Origin: Pseudoduganella armeniaca | Lineage (GTDB): Bacteria > Pseudomonadota > Gammaproteobacteria > Burkholderiales > Burkholderiaceae_D | Direction: 5' to 3' | Assembly: GCF_003028855.1 (NCBI RefSeq) | Contig: NZ_CP028324.1 | Span: forward strand, 4,078,661-4,110,660 | Length of the DNA: 32,000 nt | Shown here: piece after piece, positions 18,888 through 26,293 of the stretch | Position numbering within the stretch: position 1 is the stretch's first letter | Layout: the number at the start of each line of letters is the position of its first letter | The notes under the pieces: model-generated | Told to the model about the DNA's origin: nothing | The model's database searches: none | The model's input: only the letters and a program-made list of their open reading frames with translations | Translations under genes and position numbers: made by a program

Positions 18888-19193
18888 CAGGTAAAATAAT
18901 TATAAAGACCAGTCTGTGCATCCACATACTTAGTCCATTGCGCGGGAGATTTTCCCGTGATCCAGCCATCCTCTGTGCGTCAAAAGATCTTCGCAAAGGA
19001 ATTGCACTAAATATCCACGAAGCCGATCCAGTCGTGCATGGCACAGCCGGAACAATGTGTGATTTATATTTTTAGGACACATGATCAGCTAAGTATTTAA
19101 AGAGCCTCTATGGAGCGGCAAATCAAGCAGGGGAGAGGCTTCCTGAAGATGCTTGTAAGCTTCAAGCGCGGCGCCCTATACCCATAGGGCCCC

Positions 19194-22100
19194 TCAACCC
19201 GCCACAAAATCCCCCCGCACCTGCCGCAGCCGCTCAGCCAAATCCGCCTGCATACCCGGCCCTAACGCCTCGGTCGCGATATGCCGCCCCAGCCGCCGGT
19301 AGCTCTCGAACTGGTCCTCACCGTAGAACTGGTCCCCGGTCGATTCGTGCGGGAAGGCGGGATGCTCGGCGTGGTACTGGTGCAGCGAGGCGTCGCCCAC
19401 CGTGGGCGGCAGCGTCGCCTTCAGGTACACCAGCGTCCCCTCCCCTTCGGCCACGCCATCGGCATCGCGGTAGACGATGCGACCGACCACGCAGCTGCAT
19501 TGACTGAGACCGGTCTGGCCATCCCGCGCCAGCGGCGTCACGTCGATGTCGATGTCGGCGTTGAAGTCCACCTTGCATAGCCGGATCAGCGTGCCCAGTG
19601 CGCCGCAGCGCAGGGCCGGATCGCATTCTGCATCCACCGCCACGATCAGCGCGCAGCGCCGCCGCACCAGTTCGTACACGCCCAGGTTGTCGAAGTGGCC
19701 GCCGTCGGAAATCATCAGGTAGCGCGAACGCTCATTGGCCGATGCGAACAACTCCATCAACAGGCAGCCCGTGCTGAGGGCCGGCGACGTGCGCTGGCGC
19801 GGGAAGCGCGGGTTGGCGAACCAGCGGCCCAGCCGCACGTTAAACAGCGTCATCATGAACGCCACCGCCGGCGACGAGTGAAAGCCCTGGTTCGGGCTGG
19901 CCGCCGCGCCGGACACGGAGATCGCCTCGGCCAAGGTCAGCTCACCCGCCCCCGTGTCGTCGCACGGCTGGTGGCGCCGGTAGCCGATCTTGTCCGCCGG
20001 GCACTCGCCGTAGTCGCTGCCCAGCGCCAGCGGGCCGATCGTGAACGACGCGCCATGGCGGGTGTGCAGCGACAGGTCGCCTGAGCCGCCCAGGTTGACC
20101 GTACAATTGATCAGGTGCAGGGGCAGGGCCGGCGGCGCGTCCGGCCCCTCGCGCGGCTGCAGCGCGCACAGCGCGATATCGTCCTTCTCGTCGAACTGCG
20201 TGAAGTTCTGCGGCTTGCGGGCGCGGTGCGACGCGCCCAGGTAGCAGCGTGCCAGCCGGCTGCGGTAGAACGCATGCAGGCTGAATTCGTTGATGTCCAC
20301 GCGCCAGGCCAGCAGCAGGCCCACCAGCGCCACGCCCAGCATCACGGCGGCGATCAGGCCAGCCGACGGCGCCCAGCGCTGCGCCCAGTAGGGATCGAAG
20401 CAGGCCGTGCCGGTGCAGCGGCCGAAGTCGATGGCGATCGCTGCGCCAGGCACGGCGGCATACGTCATTACCACGTACAGCAAGGCGGAAACGCCGATCA
20501 GCAGGCCGACGATGAACAGCGGCGGCGCGATCTTTGTGAGCGCATCGAGCGCGATCATGGGCAAGGTCTTGCGCTTCGAGCGGATCGTATCGTCGCCGCC
20601 GGACGCGGACGAGTTGGCGGCCAGCAGGCCGGCCACCGTGGTGCCGATCCAGCCCACCACCGGCGTCAAGGCCTTCCAGTGGTCCAGGCTGGCCAGCCAC
20701 AACACCAACATCGGCCCGTACAGCGCCGACAGTGTCAGCACGTTCCACACCGAGGCATAGATCCACAGCCACGCCGCCAGCCGGCTCCACCATTCGCGCA
20801 TCCCTTCCAGCGAGGCCTTGCCCACCAGGCCGATCATCAACGTCACGGCCGAGGCGAACGCGGACAGGATCAGCGTCGGTCCCCAGATGAACGCATGCCA
20901 CGACTGCGCGTCCGTCCCCAGCCGGGCCTGGGCGCCCGCGTCGAACCAGTGCATCAACCACAGGATGCCGCAGAACATCGCGTGCAACGCCAGCATGCAG
21001 ACGGCCGACGCCAACGTGATCAGCACCACGTTGAACACCACGCGCGGCACCTGGTGCCGGCCGGTGGTGCCGCGCCAGCAGCGCAGCGAGCAGCAGGCCA
21101 GCATCACCAGCGCCGTGAACGCCAGCGCCAGCTGGAACGGCCAGGCGCTGGGCTGGTGCGTCAGCAGGTAGCCGTAGCCGACGTCCTCCGGCAAGCCGCG
21201 CGCGAGGTGCGCCAGCACGGCCGACAGCTCGACGCTCGTCAGCAGCATCGGCACCACGATCCAGCGCTGCACGGCGACCTGGCCGAAGTCGGGCCAGTCG
21301 CACTCGCTCTGGAACACGTTGCAACGCGCCAGCGCCGGCAGTGCGCACAGCGCGCCCAGCATCAGCAGCGCGGCGATCGGCACGGCCCAGGCGCTGACGG
21401 GCGCGGTCTCGAACGGATTGAAGCCGGTCACGCGCCACAGTGCCGCGCAGACCGACAGCAGCATCACGCTGACGCCGGCCCAGCGGCCCCAGTGCCGCGG
21501 GTGAAAGCGCCAGTCGCGCTGCAGCGGCGAAGGCTGCGCGCTGCCGCCCTGGTCGCGCCTCTGGCGCAGCTGGTTAGCCGCCAGGAGCACGACGGCACCG
21601 ACGAACAGGCCGATGGTGCCGCCCCGCACCAGCTGGTATTCGGGCCAGATGGCGAACCAGCGCATCGCCAGCTGCGGCACCAGCAGCAGCAGGACGATGC
21701 CGCAGATGATCGTCAGCTGCACCAGCGCGGCATTGCGCATCCAGGTGGTCAGCATGGTCCACGTGTCGGCGCTGAACAGGCCGACCTTGGGCGACAGGTA
21801 GTTGGAGAACTTGCTCAGGTGGGCGATCGACTGGCGCCACAGGCCGGCGCGCTCCGGCTCCAGCCACCCGCTGCCGTCGCGATGGCAATGGGCGCGCAGC
21901 CACGCCATGATGTAGCCGCCGCCGGACACAGATGACCAGTAATCGAAGCGGCGCAGCAGCTCCAGGTCGCGCAGCGCTTCCAGCACGCCCAGGCCGAAGG
22001 TGGCGCTGCGGATGCCGCCGCCGGACAATGCCAGCGCCGCCAGCGGCGCGTCATGGGCGACGCCGATGCGGTCGCGCCAGCGGTCGACTTGTTCGCGTTC

Positions 22101-22259
22101 GGCGCGCAGCACCTCGTCCGCGTCGAGCCGGCCATTGCCCAGCGCGGCCGGCGGGGCCTGCGGGGCCTGCGGGGCCGGCATGGCGGGCCCGGGCTGGAGC
22201 GGTTGAAGCGGTTCGTTCGGCTCGAAGGGTGGATTCGATGGCTGCGGTACGGCACTCAT
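19194..22259 (-). CDS. Patatin-like phospholipase with a large polytopic membrane insertion between the catalytic Ser and Asp motifs
   Basis: The preferred start is the ATG at 22259 (GGGAGG SD 6 nt upstream); the track ORF starts at a TTG at 22286. The N-terminal part carries ALSGGGIRSATFGLGVLEAL (oxyanion G-G-G-x-R) and WSSVSGGGYI (nucleophile elbow). About a dozen hydrophobic segments follow. The C-terminal part carries FYRSRLARCYLG, ISVSGAAASPNQG and YLMISDGGHFDNLGVYEL (the D-G-G catalytic Asp motif). Confidence 0.85.
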   Translation of the reverse strand: MSAVPQPSNPPFEPNEPLQPLQPGPAMPAPQAPQAPPAALGNGRLDADEVLRAEREQVDRWRDRIGVAHDAPLAALALSGGGIRSATFGLGVLEALRDLELLRRFDYWSSVSGGGYIMAWLRAHCHRDGSGWLEPERAGLWRQSIAHLSKFSNYLSPKVGLFSADTWTMLTTWMRNAALVQLTIICGIVLLLLVPQLAMRWFAIWPEYQLVRGGTIGLFVGAVVLLAANQLRQRRDQGGSAQPSPLQRDWRFHPRHWGRWAGVSVMLLSVCAALWRVTGFNPFETAPVSAWAVPIAALLMLGALCALPALARCNVFQSECDWPDFGQVAVQRWIVVPMLLTSVELSAVLAHLARGLPEDVGYGYLLTHQPSAWPFQLALAFTALVMLACCSLRCWRGTTGRHQVPRVVFNVVLITLASAVCMLALHAMFCGILWLMHWFDAGAQARLGTDAQSWHAFIWGPTLILSAFASAVTLMIGLVGKASLEGMREWWSRLAAWLWIYASVWNVLTLSALYGPMLVLWLASLDHWKALTPVVGWIGTTVAGLLAANSSASGGDDTIRSKRKTLPMIALDALTKIAPPLFIVGLLIGVSALLYVVMTYAAVPGAAIAIDFGRCTGTACFDPYWAQRWAPSAGLIAAVMLGVALVGLLLAWRVDINEFSLHAFYRSRLARCYLGASHRARKPQNFTQFDEKDDIALCALQPREGPDAPPALPLHLINCTVNLGGSGDLSLHTRHGASFTIGPLALGSDYGECPADKIGYRRHQPCDDTGAGELTLAEAISVSGAAASPNQGFHSSPAVAFMMTLFNVRLGRWFANPRFPRQRTSPALSTGCLLMELFASANERSRYLMISDGGHFDNLGVYELVRRRCALIVAVDAECDPALRCGALGTLIRLCKVDFNADIDIDVTPLARDGQTGLSQCSCVVGRIVYRDADGVAEGEGTLVYLKATLPPTVGDASLHQYHAEHPAFPHESTGDQFYGEDQFESYRRLGRHIATEALGPGMQADLAERLRQVRGDFVAG

Positions 22260-22310
22260 GGCGACCTCCCGGGCTTGTGCTTGCAACAGCGTAGCCCTGG
22301 CGGCGCCGGG

Positions 22311-22340
22311 AGATTGTCACGGATTGTCACCGTTTGTCGC
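22311..22340. promoter_or_regulatory. Three tandem 10-bp repeats (aGATTGTCAC / gGATTGTCAC / cGTTTGTCGC) upstream of the patatin-like gene
   Basis: Direct reading shows units exactly 10 bp apart (one helical turn), 52-81 nt upstream of the ATG at 22259. This looks like a phased transcription-factor binding array. Confidence 0.35.
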
Positions 22341-22377
22341 GGTGTGGTTTTTCTGCCATCTACGAACAGACGAGCTT

Positions 22378-22469
22378 GGGGTCTGTCCCTGCACGGGGAC
22401 CGACCCCGGTTTTCATCGATACCCAAACGGCGCGATAAAAACCAGGGTCAGTCCCGAAGGGACAGACCC
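22378..22469. repeat. Pair of REP-like imperfect hairpins in inverted orientation (GGGGTCTGTCCC..GGGGACCGACCCC and GGGTCAGTCCC-GAA-GGGACAGACCC)
   Basis: The left unit at 22378..22413 ends in TTTT and the right unit at 22437..22469 starts with AAAA. The two units are approximate reverse complements and flank about 23 nt. Confidence 0.6.
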
Positions 22470-22492
22470 TAAGCCTGATCCGCTAAACCCGA

Positions 22493-22545
22493 GGGGACAG
22501 GCACCTGTCTGAGGGTCGAAGACCCTCAGACAGGTGCCTGTCCCC
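22493..22545. repeat. 53-nt perfect palindrome (25-bp stem, 3-nt loop); likely relA terminator and member of a dispersed palindromic repeat family
   Basis: GGGGACAGGCACCTGTCTGAGGGTC-GAA-GACCCTCAGACAGGTGCCTGTCCCC lies 6 nt downstream of the relA stop. It is closely related to the palindrome at 31348..31400. Confidence 0.8.
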
Positions 22546-22551
22546 GTTGCT

Positions 22552-24795
22552 TCATGCGCGTCGGGCTTCGAGCACCCCGGTCACCTCGGAAATGGCCGCC
22601 AGCGCCTTCTGCAGCTGGGCCGTGGCCCCGATCTCGGCGGTGAAGGTCATGCGCGCCTGTCCTTTCGCGCTCTGCGTATTGACGCCGATGACGTTGATCT
22701 TCTCGCGCGAGAAGATCTCGGAGATGTCGCGCAACAGTCCCTGGCGGTCGCCCGCCAGCACGAACAGGTCGACCGGATAGACGGTATCGCCGCGCGTATT
22801 GCCCCATTCGGTGACGATGACGCGTTCCGGCGCCTTGGCGCGCATCTCGGCGAAGTTCTTGCAGGAGAGGCGATGGATCGACACGCCCTTGCCGCGCGTG
22901 ACGAAGCCGACGATCGGGTCGGGCGGCGCCGGCTTGCAGCAGCGCGCCAGCTGCGTCATCAGCCCTTCGGTGCCGACCACCAGCACGCCCGACTTGGCGC
23001 CCTGCTCGGTCGAGGAGGCGCGGCTCTTGTTGAGCACCACCGCGTCTTCCGGCGGCGGCGCCTCGGCCGGGTCGTGCAGCGCCTGCTCGACGTGGCGCAG
23101 GCTGAACTCCTCCTTGCCGACCGAGAGGAACAGGTCGTCGACCTTGCCGAAGCCCAGCTTCTGCGCCAGCGCTTCCAGGTTGACGGCCGTCTTGCCCTCG
23201 CGCTGCAGCGATTTCTCGACCAGCGCGCGGCCATGCGACAGGGTCTCCTGCATGTCGATCGCATGGAACCAGGCGCGTACCTTGGCGCGGGTGCGGTTGC
23301 TGACGGCGTAGCCGGGGCTGAGCCAGTCGCGCGACGGCCCGGCCGATCCCGGCGCGCCCTTGGCGGTGATGATCTCGCAGGTCTGGCCGCTTTTTAATGG
23401 GGTATTGAGCGGCACCATGATGCCGTCCACCCGCGCGCCGCGGCAGCGGTGGCCGACGTCGCTGTGCAGGTGATAGGCGAAGTCGATCGGCGTCGCGCCG
23501 ACCGGCAGCTCGAGCACGCGCGCCTGCGGCGTCAGGACGAAGATGCGGTCGTCCAGCGCGGCCGACTTGAGCTTTTCCACCCATTCGCGCTGCAGCTCCT
23601 CCTGGCCGACGACGGCATCGGCCACGTCGGTCTTCCAGGCCAGCAGCTGGCGCAGCCAGGCGATCTTCTCGTCGTATTTCTGACCCTGGAAGTTGGAGCC
23701 GCCCTCCTCCTTGTAGCGCCAGTGCGCCGCCACGCCATACTCGGCGAAGCTGTGCATCTCCTGGGTGCGGATCTGCACTTCGAGCGGCCGGCCGTCGTCC
23801 GCCGTCACCACCGTGTGCAGCGACTGGTAGCCGTTCGGCTTGGGGCGCGAGATGTAGTCGTCGAATTCCTTCGGGATCGGTGTCCAGATATTGTGCACCA
23901 CGCCCAGCACCGTGTAGCAGGTCTTCACGTCCGCCACGATGACGCGGAACGCACGCACGTCGTACAGCTCCGTGAAATCGAGCTCCTTGCCGCGCATCTT
24001 GTTCCAGATGCTGTAGATGTGTTTCGGCCGGCCGAACACCTCGGCCTTGATGCCGGCATTGGCCAGCTCCGTCTGCAGCCGTTCGATCGACTGCTCGACG
24101 AAGCTCTCGCGCATCATGCGCTTCTCTTCCAGCATCTTGGCAATGCGCTTGTAGTTTTCCGGCTCGATGAAGCGGAACGACAGGTCCTCCAGCTCCCACT
24201 TGATCTGCCAGATGCCGAGGCGGTTGGCCAGCGGCGCGTACAGGTCCAGCGTTTCGCGGCCGTAGGCGCGCGTCATCTCGTTGAACAGTTTCGCGTCCGC
24301 GAAATAGCGCAGCGTGCTGCAGCAGGAGGCCAGGCGCACCAGCACCACGCGCATGTCGGAGGCCATCGCCAGCAGCATCTTGCGCAGCGTTTCCATCTGC
24401 GCCACCGCCTGCTGCGCGGCGTTCTTGCCGCGCGTGGCGGCGGGACTGCCCTGGGTCAGCTCGCGCAGCCGGATCAGCTGGTGCACGCCCGTCACCAGGT
24501 CGGACACCTCCTTGCCGAACTTCGGCTCGATGGCGATGGCCTGGGCCGGGTCGAGCAGGCACAGCTCGAACATCAGGCCGGCGATACGGGTGGCCGCGTC
24601 GGTCCGCAGCAGGGCCAGCGTGGTGGCCACGCCGACGGCGAAATCGAAGGCGTTCTGGCCGCTGGTGGCGGTCTTGCCCGCATAAGCGTCGCTGGCGAAA
24701 TCGAGCGCCGCCAGCACGCGCACGCCATCTTCGTGGGACAGCCCCTGGACCAACTGGTCGGACGTTGCGCTGTTCAGCGCCGCGATGGAAACCAT
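22552..24795 (-). CDS. relA: GTP pyrophosphokinase / (p)ppGpp synthetase, RelA-type (hydrolase domain appears degenerate)
   Basis: 747-aa ORF. Synthetase motifs are present (DVRAFRVIV, YISRPKPNGYQSLHTVV, EVQIRTQEMH), along with a TGS domain (IFVLTPQARVLELPVGATPIDFAYHLHSDVGHRC) and a C-terminal ACT-like region. The N-terminal region lacks the HD metal-binding signature expected for SpoT. Confidence 0.9.
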   Translation of the reverse strand: MVSIAALNSATSDQLVQGLSHEDGVRVLAALDFASDAYAGKTATSGQNAFDFAVGVATTLALLRTDAATRIAGLMFELCLLDPAQAIAIEPKFGKEVSDLVTGVHQLIRLRELTQGSPAATRGKNAAQQAVAQMETLRKMLLAMASDMRVVLVRLASCCSTLRYFADAKLFNEMTRAYGRETLDLYAPLANRLGIWQIKWELEDLSFRFIEPENYKRIAKMLEEKRMMRESFVEQSIERLQTELANAGIKAEVFGRPKHIYSIWNKMRGKELDFTELYDVRAFRVIVADVKTCYTVLGVVHNIWTPIPKEFDDYISRPKPNGYQSLHTVVTADDGRPLEVQIRTQEMHSFAEYGVAAHWRYKEEGGSNFQGQKYDEKIAWLRQLLAWKTDVADAVVGQEELQREWVEKLKSAALDDRIFVLTPQARVLELPVGATPIDFAYHLHSDVGHRCRGARVDGIMVPLNTPLKSGQTCEIITAKGAPGSAGPSRDWLSPGYAVSNRTRAKVRAWFHAIDMQETLSHGRALVEKSLQREGKTAVNLEALAQKLGFGKVDDLFLSVGKEEFSLRHVEQALHDPAEAPPPEDAVVLNKSRASSTEQGAKSGVLVVGTEGLMTQLARCCKPAPPDPIVGFVTRGKGVSIHRLSCKNFAEMRAKAPERVIVTEWGNTRGDTVYPVDLFVLAGDRQGLLRDISEIFSREKINVIGVNTQSAKGQARMTFTAEIGATAQLQKALAAISEVTGVLEARRA

Positions 24796-24909
24796 AGTAA
24801 AACCTTAAACCATATCAATGCCGGCGTCAGCGTCGTTGCGACGTCCTTCCTGGGCCCGCGCCCCGCCACCGGCGGCGGGGAATGTGCTCCCACATGCGCG
24901 GGCCTGGCG

Positions 24910-25260
24910 TCAGCGCTGCGCGGCGACGACCACGATCTCGACCAGGCAGGCCGGGTTGGCCAGCTTGGCCTCGACGGTGGCGCGCGGCGGCGTGTGGCCC
25001 TGCGCGACCCAGGCGTCCCATTCCTCGTTCATCGCCGGGAACAGCGCCATGTCGCTGATGTAGATCTGGGTGGACAGGATGCAGCTCTTGTCGCTGCCGC
25101 TTTCGGCCAGCAGGCGGTCGACGTGGCCCAGCACCTCGCGCGTCTGGCCGGCGATGTCGGCCGTGGTGTCCTCGGCGATCTGGCCGGCCAGGTAGACGGT
25201 ATTGTTGTGGATCGCCACTTCGGACAGGCGCTTGCCAACGTGCAGTCGTTTGATTTCCAT
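24910..25260 (-). CDS. RidA/YjgF/TdcF family reactive-intermediate deaminase-like protein
   Basis: 116-aa ORF. NNTVYLAGQIAEDTTADIAGQTREVLGHVDRLL...RATVEAKLANPACLVEIVVVA matches the YjgF/RidA fold pattern. Confidence 0.85.
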   Translation of the reverse strand: MEIKRLHVGKRLSEVAIHNNTVYLAGQIAEDTTADIAGQTREVLGHVDRLLAESGSDKSCILSTQIYISDMALFPAMNEEWDAWVAQGHTPPRATVEAKLANPACLVEIVVVAAQR

Positions 25261-25277
25261 TCAGTTCTTCTTTCTCT

Positions 25278-26162
25278 CTACTGGTTCAACAAAAATTCGC
25301 GGATGACGGCGATCTGCTCGGGCTGGATCAGCATCGGCGCATGGCCGACGCCCGGGATTTCGACCAGCCGCGCGCGCGGACCGCGCCGCGTCATCTCCTC
25401 GGCCGTCGCGTGCGACAGCAGGTCGGACAGTTCGCCGCGCACCACCAGGGTGGGGCAGCGGATCGCATCGTAGGCGGCCCACAGCCGGCTGCCGTCGGCG
25501 GCCACCGATTCGGGCGTGGCGGCGCGGAACGGCAGGGCCAGGCCCATGTCGTAGTGGCGCACCCATTCGCCGTTGGCGTCCTGGCGCAGCACGTCGCGCG
25601 CCATCTTGTCCCACTGTTCGTCGCTGTGCGGGCCGAACGGCTGCGACACGTCGCGCACGAACTGCGCGCCCGCCTCGAAGGTGGGGAAGCGCAAGTCCTG
25701 CCCGATGTAGTCGCCGATGCGGTGCAGCGCGGCCGGATCGAGCACGGGACCGATGTCGTTCAGCACCAGGCGGTCGATCGGGCTGTCCGGCAGCGAGGCC
25801 AGGCCCATGCCGATCAAGCCGCCCATCGACGTGCCGAGCCAGTGCACCTGCTGCCGCTCGCCGTTGGCCAGCACGCGCGCCAGCAGGGTCACCATGTCGC
25901 TGACGTATTGCGGCACCACGTACAGTTCCGGATTGCGCAGCCGGCCGGAGCGCCCGCGCCCTACCACGTCCGGGCAGATCACGCGGTAGCGGTCGGCCAG
26001 CGCGCGCGCCAGGTCGTCGAAATCGTCCGACACGCGGGTGACGCCGTGCACGCACACCAGCACGTCCGGATTGGCCGGATCGCCCCATTCCTTGTACGCC
26101 ATCCGGTGCAGCCCGGCCGGCGAGATGCACTGTACTGACTTCACTGTTACCGGGTCGCTCAT
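25278..26162 (-). CDS. Alpha/beta-fold hydrolase
   Basis: 294-aa ORF with an HG oxyanion motif (VCVHG) and a nucleophile elbow GTSMGG. A strong GGAGGAGGA SD precedes it. It is divergent from bdhA. Confidence 0.85.
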   Translation of the reverse strand: MSDPVTVKSVQCISPAGLHRMAYKEWGDPANPDVLVCVHGVTRVSDDFDDLARALADRYRVICPDVVGRGRSGRLRNPELYVVPQYVSDMVTLLARVLANGERQQVHWLGTSMGGLIGMGLASLPDSPIDRLVLNDIGPVLDPAALHRIGDYIGQDLRFPTFEAGAQFVRDVSQPFGPHSDEQWDKMARDVLRQDANGEWVRHYDMGLALPFRAATPESVAADGSRLWAAYDAIRCPTLVVRGELSDLLSHATAEEMTRRGPRARLVEIPGVGHAPMLIQPEQIAVIREFLLNQ

Positions 26163-26293
26163 GCGTCCTCCTCCTGCCGAGTATTGGTTTTTGCGCTACA
26201 TTTTACCGTGCGCTGCGGATAAAATCCCCGGCAAGTGTAGCGCAGCGCATTTTGCAGGACCAAACCGAGCATTTCACTCAGTAAAGGACAACC

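Noticed and set aside
18930-19082. 50-codon minus-strand ORF (MCPKNINHTLFRLCHARLDRLRGYLVQFLCEDLLTHRGWLDHGKISRAMD) in the low-GC tail between the orphan immunity gene and the patatin-like gene
   Set aside because: It has no SD and no recognisable family, and it is short. It may be a remnant of a further decayed cassette or a chance ORF. The overlapping track ORFs 18884..19075 (+) and 18841..19044 (-) look equally non-coding.
19942-21935. 498-aa minus-strand off-frame ORF and 606-aa + strand ORF inside the patatin-like gene
   Set aside because: These are off-frame and antisense to the frame that carries the patatin motifs and coherent hydrophobic helices. The translations are Arg/Gly/Ala-rich shadows.
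22526-25473. 678-aa minus-strand ORF and 674-aa + strand ORF overlapping relA and the RidA gene
   Set aside because: The 747-aa frame carries the RelA/SpoT synthetase, TGS and ACT signatures. The other two are off-frame or antisense with a shadow-type composition.
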